This document shows positions 20,801 through 33,100 of a DNA stretch of 64,000 nucleotides, piece by piece (positions within the stretch are counted from its first letter, which is position 1; each line of letters begins with the position of its first letter). Source of the stretch: a virus. Both the position numbers and the translations under genes were made by a program. The notes under the pieces were generated by a model. That model saw only the letters and a list, made by a program, of their open reading frames with translations. It did no database searches and was not told the DNA's origin. The stretch lies in IMG/VR virus record IMGVR_UViG_3300017917_001336, positions 1-64,000 of that record; one strand, 5' to 3'.

Positions 20801-23800
20801 ACAATTAATACAGTTAATAATACAATTACAATCAGTACAGATAAAATTAATACGTTTGTGTTGACCACTCGAGCTGGGTTAGTGCAAGCAAGAACTTGTC
20901 CAGAACCTCTTTCATTGGGCGGTGGTACTGGTTCAATGACAGTAACATCTACTGGTACTAAACTAGTTGTTACAAATAGTGTTGGCAATATTAGTACTAT
21001 GAATGGAACATTCTCTACAAGTTTGTATGGCGGATTAAATTCATATACTCTTTATTATATCACAGCGATCACCGAAGGAACTAATCCAACGCTATCTGTG
21101 AGTACAACACAAGCTGGCACACCAATTACTCTTACAACTGGAGTAGGTAATATGCAAATGGTAGCTAGCGGATGGGATCATATCAATCCTGGTACCGTAA
21201 TTGTTGCTCCTGATTCTACTAGTTCGTACTTTATTGAACCAAAAGTAACATTTACCAGCCCTGCAAATGGCCAAGCGGTTGGAACTGTTGCAACAGCATT
21301 AACTGGCGGCGCAACATTTACAAGCATAGCTTCAGGAAATAACGCATGGATAGCATTACCAACTAGTGGTTCAACTGGAGCAACATCAACTGACGGAAGC
21401 TCTTGGTCAGCAATAACATTGCCATCAACAATAACTTCATGGAGTGATGTTGCCTACGGAAATAACTATTGGATAGCTGTAGGAAAAACAAGTGCTGGAG
21501 CATCAACAGCAGCCTATTCTAACTCTAATGGTTTAGGTTGGAAGACAGTTACATTGCCATCAACATCGAACTATAACAAAATTGTTTACGGAAACGGAAC
21601 ATTTGTTATGATCAGTTCAGACAGTCATCGTGCAGCATATTCAACTAACAATGGTCTAACTTGGACACAAAGTTACTTACCAAGCAGCACGGCTGTTACA
21701 GTATCGGGTGATGCAAAAATAAGTTCATCTCAGTCTAAATTTGGTATTTCAAGTCTTGCATTAGACGGCACTGGCGACTATATCACTGTTGCATCGGATA
21801 GTAAATTTGCATATGGCAACGAAGATTTTACTATTGAGTTCTTTGTTTATCCAAATTCTTTAACAGGAACTCAAGCATTGTTTGATCAACGATCTGTTGC
21901 AAATGACGCAGCTGTATATCTTGATCTTACAAGCGGAGGTGCTGTAAGACTATTTGTAAACAATTCATATCAAATTACAGCAGGCACAACTATTAGTGCA
22001 GGAGCATGGAGTCATATCGCTCTTTCAAGAGTTAATGGTACTACTACTATGTACATTAACGGTACTGCTCAGTCTACAACGTACACTGACGCTAATGCGT
22101 ATGCTGCTAGACCAATAGTTATCGGCTCAAATATCTCAACTAATAGTTTCTTCAACGGTTATATTGACGAAGTTCGAGTAAGTAGAGGAATTGGTCGATA
22201 TACTGGAGCCTTTACACCTACAACAGTAGAGTTCACGTCAGATTCAAACACAATGTTATTAATGCACTTTAACGGTTTGAACAACTCTACAAACATTGCT
22301 AGCACAATTGGAACGTGGGTTTCAATTGCGTACGGCAATGGAGTCTTTGTAGCAATTAATAGTAATGGACAAACAGGATGGAGTGTTGACGGGATTACAT
22401 GGAACTCTTCAACTGCTCCTACAAGTAATACAACATTAAGCGGCGTAACTATTCTTGGTGGTGGTGGAACCTTTAGTTGCACTACAACTACTACACAATT
22501 AGTAGTTGGACAGAGTGTTGTAATTACTGGCCTTAATTCTGGTACAGGGTCTGTTAAAAACGGAATATACTATATAAGTTCAACTAATGGAAAATCAACA
22601 TTTACACTATCGGCCAACTTAGCAAACGCATTAGCAGGAACAAATCCGATCTCAACTAGCGCCGGTACTCCTGTTGGACTTACCTTTGCAGTTGGCGGTC
22701 CTGCATATACTGGTATTGCTTATGGCAACAACAAGTTTGTAGCTGTACAATCTGGTTATGGACTAAAGGCTGGAATTAGTTTTGATGGGGTCAACTGGAT
22801 ACAATCACTAACATATATGACTGCAACATCAGTTAATTATGGTCAAGGTGTGTTCTTAGCATTAAACTCTTCTAGCACAACAGCATATTCAAGTGAACAT
22901 GGATTATCTTGGAGAACTCGAACATTAACTTATGGTAGTATCAACTCATGCGAGTTTGGATTTAATGCATCTAATGTAGGATGTTTTGTAACATTAACTG
23001 GTTCAGGCATATCAACAGGAAATGCAACATTAATTAATGAAGGATGCAGAGCACAAGGAAGACCAACTCTAAATTCTGGAGTTATTAATGCAGTTACTTT
23101 ATGGGAATCTGGATCTAACTATACTTCTACACCGACTGTAGTATTTACAGACTATAATGTGTCGGTGACAGCAACAGTTACACCTCGTATTAGTAACGGT
23201 ACATTGTCTAATCCAACGTTTATTAATCGAGGAACAGGTTATAACACAACTTCTACAGTAGTCTCAGTTAATGGCGACGGCTTTGCGGACACTTTCCAAA
23301 CTGGATTGACTATTATCGTTAACAATCTAGCAAGTGTTCCAATTGTAGGAAGTAATATGCAGATAGAAGGCAATAGTCAAGTGTATAAAGTTACTAGTGC
23401 ATCAGCTGTGTTTGGAACTACTGCTCCATTTATTCAGGCTAACATACAGTTGTCACCAGAAATGACAAATGCGCTAAGTCCTGAACATAATACAGCAGTA
23501 TCATTCCGTCAGTTATACAGTCAATGCCGTTTAACAAATCATGACTTCTTACTAATTGGTACTGGAAACAAAGCTCAGACAAATTATCCGTTTACTGATA
23601 CTGAAACAGCAAAGATTCAGAACCAAGCGGTTGAAACAAATCAAGGTCACGTTTTCTATACAAGTACTGACGAAAACGGTAACTTTAGCGTTGGCGGATT
23701 ATTTGGGGTTCAGCAAGCAACTGGTACGGTTACTCTAAGCGCAACACAGTTTGGTCTAACAGGTCTACAAACGTTGAGTTTAGGCGGTATTGCTGTTGGT

Positions 23801-24127
23801 AGTTCAAGCGTTGTAGTAAATCAGTTTAGCACAGATCCAACATTCTCTGGTAACTCAGATACAATTATACCAACACAACGAGCAATTAGATCATACTTGA
23901 CTGGACGTTTAAGCCAGGGCGGCGCCAATACATATACAGGAAACTTTATTGCAGGTACAGTATCAGTTGGTGGTCCTAACTTTATTAAATCAACCGTTAC
24001 TAACGGACAAGTTGGTTCGGCAATTCAAATGAAAAATAAAGTGTATTTTGTAGGAAACGGTGTAGACGGAGGAATTCCTGCGTTTAATATGTTTATGAAA
24101 CACGCTACCAAACGCGGAAATGCATAA
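14825..24127 (+). CDS. Giant virion fibre/appendage protein (3100 aa)
   Basis: N-terminal W-x(4,5)-Y-xx-GD/ND-xV-xx-G-xx-Y-xC repeats (CBM5/12-like); beta-helix; VAYGNG propeller-type repeats; LamG domain at about 21700-22295; C-terminal RLTNHDFL...STDENGNF shared with 24167 and 53601. Confidence 0.75.
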   Translation: MAAEFKIGRLRYNWAGTWTTATEYGRDDVILNDGKAYFCLIPHTASANFYTDLYATFPKWKQMLDGKTWAGPWETSHSYGVGHIVVFGGNAYTSIVAHTSTTFAADAANWEVYTESNKWNPVWQANTAYGLNDIVRWGGIVYKCIANHTSAASTTLGLEANQASWEVYYSGIDFKGDWTSSQRYKLNDIVKLNGSLYRCTQYHTSSSTFADNNFVVWVPGQLANIMWSSATTYQIGDAVIYGGDAYISKTSNNSNNFPDTDIINWGPFNIGYTVRNNWSSTTPYAPGDLVSRNGVLYEAVARSTGQDPNTSTTNTTYISAGSSGNTITVLSGAGIVSGMTVSGTGISNGQRVSTVTTTSASVTTATISGPPAITVSSFTSKTGSGPYLVTFAIPSQSIAPPINTNYVVAGNSNNSYNGTYTCTASTTTSITLSYVTDPGVYGSGTTTLTAQAGTTLTLTGTVTGTFAPGMLLNGSGIPNGVYIVSGAGTSWEISSPLSVTSIVISGTLTSIVLTSPPNSTVPDNTTFNFLGINSAYWSVLISGKKWCNRWVQGTLYSVGDVVAYSNGVYVCVNQHQDPSTPSATFQPGNSTSGNWILLISSDLNNALNSQGDLRTFANNKPSAVAIGTDTYLLSVNSDIPNWRKINVVPAVYYVDAYSGIDTPGYGITWDQPWRSIKYACDTISTGFYFPNAVTLLKANKAYVIAEMYQWMLYQMANNIAPFSSDSLWNPTKAQRDASLIFDAIVYDLKRGGNSQSVNAALSFFYYGSQTQLVNSIVKSTLPYYVPALNYLVTLMQSVVANTNLVNYQLLNNVPLVSRVNQVVINSLVAESGINTNISSLMSIITTALTNENTYLVPTANTGIQASIYVKTGTYNELLPISVPENVSIIGDELRSAVVQPSISKTFYCTQTIAPNSNQITTNTMVVNSTVGLVDQMRLQFISPFINNAPTTFGGVTSGKTYYVDGSSITSTSLRIKDGPTFDFTGTTTLGSNILTNVSNITNLSVGMKITGNGIPADTYVYSFSQAVNSISSVTMCSGYPLATNYVFVESNATVTGILQTFTASGNYVEFTNGSGNMTVYAGDCLKDMFYVRNGVTIRNLSLFGLKGTLTAANQYLTCRPTGGAYTSLDPGTGPNDTSVWIIKRSPYVQNVTTFGDGCVGMKVDGYLHNGGSKSMVTNDYTQVVSDGIGVWIKGPGSIAECISVFCYYGYAGYFAEDGGRIRAANGNSSYGTFGVVSEGYDNTEVPLTGTINNQSQQVQASVTSAFGTVDQLLKLNYSNAGSQYYYPVTNMLKRSNDFLTTWTNDGFISFIKNNTAPTGYTEAWLLTGSSNTPGSGWIQQSININPSGATYTNVGGTTQDGAPGNSATFDITVTSTTYVVTVNTPGTLYQTGNNIVIKGSVLGGLDTVNDLTIVVGNLAGTGISTIASTSGTIPAGSNQNYTLSMYVYDTGTSATLDIQAVFSGTTTVTSGISYNIASKTVTPYSGTSLTNSANGGTLPVNFKAQKTLVAGWYRVWFSVNDSTGVNNTLTFKFFPQGANAPVSNTYSIVYGAQVEISDTDYTPKFYLETTTNQFTAYANYQVVGAGAGASLSGDEIRSQSVFNARVTTDSNGFTGGAGYGNSANTAADGNTYSIRLAATDQGIYNYLGMRAFISAGTGAGQYGFVTYYNNSSGVDANGITSKTALIAKETIDPVNVVSTTYNATPANNLITLSSGSDTSQWYVNQAVQFVPTYYTTTVTSTSTDTVVATSSIGGTTNTISIPTASLALNMPVTFGTGDLNLSPGFQYYITQIDYDNDTIQIATSISGTAIQLTTVASTSQTMTFPRYSGYIKAPTTNMVPNINIQFTGVSLGGVALGTTYYINDIVDANNFTISTNRVSLTSTSSVGGSTNTVAANTVSLVPCNPVVFSGTIFDAAISPGVTYYISNIVDAGNFNITTEIIRVDVTSTTFGTNLVEVSDTTGFVIGQPIIFSGIASGTTFGNIQPETTYYILTINTVNNTITISTDKINTFVLTTRAGLVQARTCPEPLSLGGGTGSMTVTSTGTKLVVTNSVGNISTMNGTFSTSLYGGLNSYTLYYITAITEGTNPTLSVSTTQAGTPITLTTGVGNMQMVASGWDHINPGTVIVAPDSTSSYFIEPKVTFTSPANGQAVGTVATALTGGATFTSIASGNNAWIALPTSGSTGATSTDGSSWSAITLPSTITSWSDVAYGNNYWIAVGKTSAGASTAAYSNSNGLGWKTVTLPSTSNYNKIVYGNGTFVMISSDSHRAAYSTNNGLTWTQSYLPSSTAVTVSGDAKISSSQSKFGISSLALDGTGDYITVASDSKFAYGNEDFTIEFFVYPNSLTGTQALFDQRSVANDAAVYLDLTSGGAVRLFVNNSYQITAGTTISAGAWSHIALSRVNGTTTMYINGTAQSTTYTDANAYAARPIVIGSNISTNSFFNGYIDEVRVSRGIGRYTGAFTPTTVEFTSDSNTMLLMHFNGLNNSTNIASTIGTWVSIAYGNGVFVAINSNGQTGWSVDGITWNSSTAPTSNTTLSGVTILGGGGTFSCTTTTTQLVVGQSVVITGLNSGTGSVKNGIYYISSTNGKSTFTLSANLANALAGTNPISTSAGTPVGLTFAVGGPAYTGIAYGNNKFVAVQSGYGLKAGISFDGVNWIQSLTYMTATSVNYGQGVFLALNSSSTTAYSSEHGLSWRTRTLTYGSINSCEFGFNASNVGCFVTLTGSGISTGNATLINEGCRAQGRPTLNSGVINAVTLWESGSNYTSTPTVVFTDYNVSVTATVTPRISNGTLSNPTFINRGTGYNTTSTVVSVNGDGFADTFQTGLTIIVNNLASVPIVGSNMQIEGNSQVYKVTSASAVFGTTAPFIQANIQLSPEMTNALSPEHNTAVSFRQLYSQCRLTNHDFLLIGTGNKAQTNYPFTDTETAKIQNQAVETNQGHVFYTSTDENGNFSVGGLFGVQQATGTVTLSATQFGLTGLQTLSLGGIAVGSSSVVVNQFSTDPTFSGNSDTIIPTQRAIRSYLTGRLSQGGANTYTGNFIAGTVSVGGPNFIKSTVTNGQVGSAIQMKNKVYFVGNGVDGGIPAFNMFMKHATKRGNA

Positions 24128-24139
24128 AAATATAGAAAG

Positions 24140-24146
24140 ATAAATA
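24140..24146 (+). promoter_or_regulatory. Late-promoter-like motif ATAAATA
   Basis: In the 39-nt gap before 24167. Confidence 0.6.
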
Positions 24147-24166
24147 CTATCAGAGGATGATATAAA

Positions 24167-27100
24167 ATGGCAGAATTTAAACTAGGTAGAATTAAGTTTG
24201 TTTACAAAGGGTCTTGGGCCAACGGAACAAGTTATGTAGTCGATGACGTAGTAACCAATGGCGGCAAAACATACATTTGTGTAATTGCTCACACCGCAAG
24301 TCCTTTGTTTGCTACAGATCTAGCAGGCGGCGTAGGAATTACAAAATGGAATCTTATCGCAGACGGCCAATCATGGAAAGGTAACTGGGTTGCATCCACA
24401 TACTATAATTTAGGAGATTTAGTATTATGGGGCGGCATAGTTTACATTTGTAAAACAGCCCATACTAGTGCTACCTATACAACACCAACATATTTAGGTT
24501 TAGAAAACGATCAAGCTAAATGGGACGCATTTGCTGCAAACTTTAAATGGATGGGTGCTTGGACAAATAGTACACGATATAAAGTTAGAGATTTAGTGTT
24601 CTACGGTGGCACTACCTATGTATGTAATACCGCACATATTTCTGCCTCAACTGATAGCTCTGGTTTAGAAGCCGACATAAGCAAATGGGATACATTTAAT
24701 CAAGGTATTACTTTTTTAGGTGAATGGAGTGGAAGCTCAGTAAGATATAAAGTTAATGATGTTGTAAAATTTGGTGCAGACCTTTGGATCTGTACTACAT
24801 ATCACACTTCAAGCGGGTCAAGCATTGATACAAACAATTTCTCTGTGTTTGTAAACGGATTCCAGTTTGAAGGCTCATGGAGTGCATCTAACGAATACCA
24901 AAAGGGTGACGTAGTAACATACGGTGGTTACACTTATACCGCTCTTCTAAATAATGGAAGTGCTAGCCCTAAAGTTCCTTCACAAGAACCAACATATTGG
25001 AAAGTATTCACCTCTGGTCTAGTATATTCTGGAGAATGGGATACTGGAACATCATACAAAATTGGTAATGTAGTAACACTTGGCGGCTATACTTACGTTG
25101 CAACAGCAGATAATTCTGCATCAAAACCACCAAGCGCAAATTGGGGACAACTAAGTTCTGGAATTCGTTGGGCAGCAGCTCCAAATACAACCTATTCTAA
25201 TGTTTCAAGCACAAATTTAAGTGCAACTGGTAGTGGTAATCCTACATTTAATGTAACTCGTTCTGGAACTAATTATTCCGTTGTTATTGGTAATTCTGCA
25301 GGTACAGGATATACCGTTAACGATACCTTAAAGATTTTAGGTAGTAATGTTGGTGGCGCAAGTCCGGGCAATGATTTAATTGTTAAGGTAGCTACAATAA
25401 CCGGCGGTGGCGGCACAGGACCTATTGGTACTGTGACAATTTTCTCAGGTTATGCCGCAACATGGAAAACTGGAATCACTTATGTAGCAGGAGATGCCGT
25501 TTATTACGGAAACAGCAGTTACATTTGTATCAGTGCTCACATTGGATCAGTAGGCGTTAACGATCCTATTACAGATACCGGTGTATACTGGAATATTTTA
25601 GCTAGCGGTGCAGATAGCGGTGCCCTAACTACCCAAGGCGATATGGTTTATTATGGCGCCAACGGTCCAACTCGACTACCAATTGGTACAGATGGTCAAG
25701 TTTTAAGAGTTGATGTAGATAAACCAAGCTGGTCTTACTATGGCGAATTGCAAAACATTGTTTATGTTGCACCAAGCGGAGCCGACGTGTTTGGTAATGG
25801 CCAAGGTTTAACCTTAGACAAGCCATGGAAAACTTTAGGATATGCTTGCAAACAAGTTGAAGACGGTTACTTAAATAGAAACGCTGGAAAAATATTACAA
25901 GTTAACAAACAGTTTATGATGAAAGAAGTTAATAACTTCATCATAACACAATATTCATTTAATGTTACAGGAACTAGCTCTTCTGGCAATACATTTATTG
26001 TTGGCGGATCAAGTTCAACTAGCCAGACAACAACTGCTAATATGTATTATGGTATGCCTATAACATTTAGCGCGGCAACTGGTGGAGTAACAGTTGGAAC
26101 AACTTACTATGTTAATACAATTCCATCAAGCACAACATTTACTGTAAGTGCAAGTTATCAGAGCGGTATTATTCAAACAATATCAGCAAATAGTGCCACA
26201 ACATCTACAGCATCATTTGCTTACACACAAAGTAAAGCAGAACGTGATACAGGAACTGTAATTGATGGTATAACATTTGACTTAACACACGGTGGAAATT
26301 TATACACTATCACTGCTACACAAGCATATTTTAGCACATTAACATCTTATGTGTCAACCGGTACAAGACAACAAGCTCCAGTATTTGCAGCTAGTTTAAG
26401 TTATTTGAAAGATACGCTGTTTCCAGCTGTAATGACAAACTCTGCACCAGCTAATAATTATCAAACAATACAAGGCATTAGCTTAGGTAACAGAGCAATT
26501 CAAAATATAACAAGTGTTACATCGGTATCAGTCGAAACTGGCGCATTGTCTTCAGTTCAAACATTGTTAGCTGTAATTACAAATGCACTAGCATCAGGAA
26601 CATACGGTAATGCTCCTCAACTTAATAGACCAAACACAACAATTTATCTAAAAACAGGTACTTATAGTGAATACGGTCCAATCGTAGTGCCTCAAGATAC
26701 TGCGGTAGTCGGCGACGAATTACGTAGTACCATTGTACAAGTTGCTCCAGCAGCAACGTACTTAGGTACTGATAAACCAAAAACTGTCACTGCATTAAAA
26801 AGAATTCAATCAGTATTGTCTGATATTGTAGCAAACAATACAGTTACGCCTACTACTACTGGAACAACATTCCCTAATACACAAACACAAGTAACAGCTT
26901 TGCCGGCTGGTGATACTGGAAATGCTTCCGCTGCAAATCTTGTAGTTAATAATACAAAAATTATTCAAGATATGTTTGAAGGCGGCACCGTTATTACAGG
27001 TCCTACCAATTCAAACTATCCTACAGGTAATGCTTATGCACCAGCAATTAGCATGCCAACAGTTACAGGATACAATACATCATATCTAGCTAACTATGGC

Positions 27101-30100
27101 GACGGTGTTACTCTTATTCAGAATAATTATCAATTTATTAAAGATGAAATTGTTAGTTTCTTAAACACTGATCCTAACTTAACTGGATCTGCACAATGGG
27201 TCAACTACAGCGCAACTTATAAAGCAGAAACTTTAAGAGATTTAACATTTATTTTAGATTCTATTTGCTACGATATGACATATGGATGTAATACACAATC
27301 TGTAATCATTGGTAGTTCATTTTATAGTCTAAACACACCGCAATTATTTGCACCATACTTACTTGGTGTTACAGAAGCATTAAGTAGATTATCAACAATC
27401 ATTGGACAAATTGTACAAAAAACTTCTGTAACTGCTAGTTCAGGCAATACTACAACACAGTATACAACTGGTACAGCCGGATCGTCAGCAGCTGCAGCAT
27501 TTGCACAAGCTCGTGTAGCTGATATTTTATATTGGATTAACAATGGAGTTGCTGATACATCTAGCGCAACATTCAGTGGTTCAATTAGTTCAACTACATT
27601 AACTGTAAGTTCTGTATCAGGAACAATTAAGATTGGCCAACTAGTTACAGGTGGTACTGTTGCTGCAGGCACTTACATCACCGGCGGTTCTGGTACAAGT
27701 TGGACTGTTAGTGTAAGTCAAACAGCAACCGCTACCGGTTCTACACTAAACATTACACCTATAGTATCTGGTTCTTACGCATTAGCAACTACAGCTAACA
27801 AGGCATCGTTTGATGCTGTTCAAGCTCGTAGATCAGAAATTGCAGCCGATGCAACATCATGGGTAACCAAGTTCTTCCAAAATGAAAGTCCAAACTTAAC
27901 TCTTACAACAAGAGATGCTGGCTATGTTGCCGATGCGCTTAGTTATGATTTATTGTTTGGAGGAAACTTCTATAGTATTCAAACAGGAAGATCTTACAAT
28001 AGATTAGTTACATCTGTGGCAGCATTACAAGCTAACCTTGCCGATTCAACCGTTGGATCAATTGGTTTTATTGGAGAACGTGTTAAGATTATTGCATCAA
28101 ACGGTGCAGTTGCACAAACATCGACCGTCATTGATGAAATGGTTGCACAAATTTATGGACAACCAACTACAAACGCTACATTTAATGGAACTATAACAGG
28201 TACACAACTAGTAGTTAACGGTTCAGTCACTGGAACTATTGCAGTTGGTATGCAACTATCTGGAACTGGTATTGCTTCAGGAACAACTATTGTTTCTGGT
28301 TCTGGTTCTAACTGGTTATTAAATTACAATCAGTCAGTTAGCTCAACTACTACAACAATTTTTAATGTAGCAACAACAGTTACATTGAACGGTCAAACAT
28401 ATTCAAATATTTTAACAGCAGGCACAACTACAGGATTTGTTCCTGGACTTGTGGTTACTATCACTGGTACTGCTATTAGCAATTTAACTGCTGGAACATA
28501 TTATATTAAACAAGTTTTAAGTTCAACTCAGTTTACAGTTAGCCAAACATATTTAGGTTCAACTTTTGCTATAAACAGTAATGCTACTGGAGCTATGACT
28601 GCTGTTGTTTATGGAATTTACGGTGGCCTAGCGTTAACTACAGATATTGTAGCATCTGGCACAGCAATTCCTGTAACAGTTGCAACTACTAGTACAAATT
28701 TAATTACAGTAGATAGCAATGCTGGAATGTACGTTGACATGCCAATTACATTTACAAGTTTACCTGCTAATATTACAACAACTGCTACAACAATTTCAAG
28801 TAATAGTATTACACTAGGTGCTACTGTAAGTTCGTTAGGCATTGTTGTTGGACAAAAAGTTTGGTTTACAGGCTTTACACCTCAAGGTTCAGGCACCACT
28901 AACAACATTATTGAAAACAAAGTTTACTATGTAAAGACAGCCACTTCTAGTCAAATTACAATTAGTGCTACTTTAAACGGTACAGCATTGACATTAGCTA
29001 ATGCTACTGGTCTTACACTGACTGCTACATTTAATGCCGCAGGCGGATTAGTAAATGGTGCTCAATATTGGATTAACTCAGTAACAGCTGGAACATATCC
29101 TGCAGCAGGCACAACAATTACTGTAACCGAATCATACAAGAGCGGTGTAGCATTTGCTATCACTAATACAGTTTCAGGAATGACAGCAACATGTCAAGTT
29201 GGAATGGAAACAAACCAAGGTATTAACCAAAAAATTACTAACGGTACTATTGGGCCTTGGAATAACCCAACTGGAAATTACAAATCAGCAAGTGGTTACA
29301 ATAATACTTTAAGCACAATTAAAGGTGCAGAAGTTATTCGTGCTAATAGAGATTTCCTAGCAAACGAAGCAGTTGCGTATGTTCTTTCACAGTTTACAGC
29401 AACAGTGACAGCAACAGCACTAAACGGTACAGTTACATGTAGCGGTGCCCATAATTTAACTGTTGGAGATCCGGTTGTATTCAGCGGAACAATATTTGAT
29501 ACAAGTATAAGTGCAGGAACAGTTTATTGGGTTCTAACAACTCCAACAACTTCTACATTTACAATGACCATTACCCAACCAGGTAAAGGCACTCAATCTA
29601 CAAAAGTTCTAACAAACAGCTCAGGATCAATGACTGTAAGTTATTATATTATAACTGATAAAGCAGTACGTGATGCACAAAACCACATTGATGGTTTGAT
29701 TTACGATTTAACAGTTACTGGTAACTATAAGTCTACTCGTTCTGCACAGTTATACCTATCTGCTCAAGCAGGTTCAACAGCAAATAACTTGTTCCACTTA
29801 AGAAACGGCACAGGTTTACGCAACATGACATTAAATGGTCTAACAGGTTCCTTAACATTACCTAATAGCTTAGGAACACGTAGACCTACAGCAGGTTCAT
29901 ATTCAAGTTTAGATCCAGGATTTGGTCCAACAGACTCAAATGTATGGATTAGTGTGCGCTCACCCTATGCACAAAACTTAACACTATTTGGTAGTGGTTG
30001 TACAGGTATGAAGATTGATGCCGCTCTGCACTTTGGTGGTAATAAATCTATTGTTGCTAACGACTATACAACAATTATTTCAGATGGTATTGGTGTATGG

Positions 30101-33100
30101 TGTACCGGTTCCAATTCATTAACAGAACTTGTTTCTGTGTTTGCTTATTATTCATACGCTGGATACTTAGCAGAATACGGTGGACGTATCCGCGCTACAA
30201 ACGGTAACAGTTCATACGGTTCTTATGGAGTTATTGCAGAAGGTATTGATAGTTATGAAACACCAGTTTATGGAAGATTAAACAACCGTGCTAATCAAAC
30301 ATACGTAACAAACGTAGTAACTGACGGCACAGATGAGATTTATCGCATTGAATTTGCAAATGCTGGATCAGCATACACTAATGCTATTCCAACAGTAAAC
30401 GGTGCAGGTTATAACATTGTTACAATACAAGACGAATTTAGAGATTCTTCTGTATTTGAAACTCGTTTAATTGACCTTAATAATGGCCAAGGTGTTGGCG
30501 GTAGTAACTATTTAACTGCTGCTAACGTTGCACAAACAGGTGCAGTTGGTTCTATCACTATTGCAAACTCAGATACACAGTTAAGTTCTGCTTATGTTGG
30601 CATGAGAATTCAACTTACCGCAGGTACTGGCGTTGGTCAATATGCAAATATTTTAGGATATAGCCAGGGTTCAAAAGTTGCAAACATTTATCGTTCAAAT
30701 TTTGCACCATTAACTATTACAACTAATACAACAACACAATTTACAGTTGCAAGTACTGGCACTATGTATGTTGGTCAACCAATTTATTTAGGTGCTAACA
30801 TTGCTGGACTTACTACAGGAACTGTTTATTATGTCAGTTCTCAAAGTTTTACCAGCACACAGTTTAGACTTTCAACTACATTAGCAAACGCTACAGCAGG
30901 CACTAGCATTACACTTTCTGCTACTAGCGCAACACCTGCAGTAATGGCAAGTTCTATTATTGTTGGAACTACTTTAACTGTAGGAACATTAAGTTCTGGA
31001 ACAATTTATCCAGGTATGTTGTTAACAGGCGGATCTGTATTACCAAATACATATATTTCTGCTAACATCAGCGGTAGTGGTAGCGGTTCTACATGGACCG
31101 TTAGCGTAAGTCAAAACTTATCAAGCACAACATTAACCGGTACAATTAGTGTACCAGTTTATGAAGCAGGCTGGGATCATGTTGTTCCTGGAACTGTAAT
31201 CAATAATATACTTGATGCTACCTCGGCATACATCATTGAACCAGCATTGTCTTATACTGCTCCAGGTTGGACAAGCACAGGAATTACAATGACTGCGGCT
31301 GCTTCTACAAATTGGGCTGGATTAGCATACGGTAACGGTACATTTGTAGCAACATCAAATGCAACTGGTATTCGTTCAACTGCTACTACAACAGATGGAA
31401 CTACATGGGCTGCAGGCGGTAACTTACCAGTTGACGCAAGCTCATCGTGGGGGCATGTTGTTTATGGTGGCGGACAAGGTGCTACTGCTACAGCAGTAGT
31501 TGGAGGTATTGGTGGTTCTGGTGCTATATTACAAGCAAATCTTGGCAGTGGAAACACCTCAGGACAAATTGTAAGCATTACTGTAGTAAACGGTGGATAT
31601 AATTACACAACACCGCCAACTATTGTTATATCAGATTCAACTGGTGCTGGCGCAACAGCTACTTGCCGTGTGTTAAACGGTATTATACAAGCAGTTGATA
31701 TGGTTATTACTGGTAGTCTATATACTGCACCTACAGTTTATGTTGTAACTAGCAGTTTATCAAGCATCACAGCAAATACTTGGGGTGCAGGATATTATAC
31801 AGCACCAATAATTACTGTAGCTGCTCCGTTTACTGCTACAGGTTGGTCAAGCGGTGGTTCAGCAACTGCCGGTACATACTACTCTGCTGTTGATACAACA
31901 GTATCTCCAAACGTAACTAACTACTATCTTGCAGGTGGCAGTGGTACATTTAGTGCAACCAAACCAACATTTACTAATGCAGTTTATGGAAAATCTGGTT
32001 ACGGTGCAACAGGAGTTGGAGCGTCTGGAACATACGGCGTTACTTTAACTTATGTTGGAACACTAGCAGTAGCAAGTGCAAACACAAACACCAATGCTGC
32101 AGGTTATGGTGTAATTAGTTACACCGTTTCTCAAACAGGTTATGGTTACGCAACTACACCAGCTGTTACAATTACAGATCCTAACGCAGCGTTTGTTGCA
32201 ATATCTGAAGCTACAACATCTGCGGCGTATAGCACAGATAAAGGTGCAACTTGGACAGCTACAGGTGGCAATACTGGAAAAACTAACTTAAAATCTCTTG
32301 CATACGGTAATAACTTATATATTGCAGTCGGCGGAACAAGTTCTGCTGTAGCAGTATCATTAAGCGGATCACCAACTAATACATGGTCAGATCAATCTAC
32401 AAATATTACTACAAATGCATCTGGTTATGCAACTGTTACATATGGTGCAGGTGTATTCTGTGCATTAGGTGGAACTGTTAGTTCGTTTACAGCAGCTGAT
32501 CCAACTAAATGGTATACTGGTGCAAGCATTCCAAGTAAAACTTGGGTCAGTGCCGCATACGGCAACGGTAAGTTTGTTGGTTTAGCAAGTGACGGTACAA
32601 TTATTGTTACAACAAACTGGCAGTCAAATAACTGGACAACAGGCCCATTTGCAGCAAATAATACTTGGGTAACAATTAGCAATAATCCGTTATTAGCTAG
32701 TGGTATTACTACTTGGAGAAGAATTAGATACGGACAAGGTTTATTTGTCGCTGTAGCAACCTCAAGCCAGGCCGTAGCAACTAGCTGGGACGGTTTAAAC
32801 TGGACATTCTACTCAACAGGAATGCCAAGTTCTAGCAACTGGTACGGTTTAGCATTTGGTAATCCGCAAAATGCTACACTAGGCGCAGTTCCTACTTGGG
32901 TGAGTGTTTCAAATACTAGCGGAAAAGTAGCTACAACGATTGCTACTGGTGCAAGACCTTTAGGTCGTGCTAAAGTTGTCAACAATCAAATTTCTGAAAT
33001 TAGAATGATTGAGCCCGGTAGCGGATTCCCACGTGGTAATGTTACAGCTACTTCAAATACAAGTACAGGTACAATTACTGTTGATAGTACAATTAACCTA

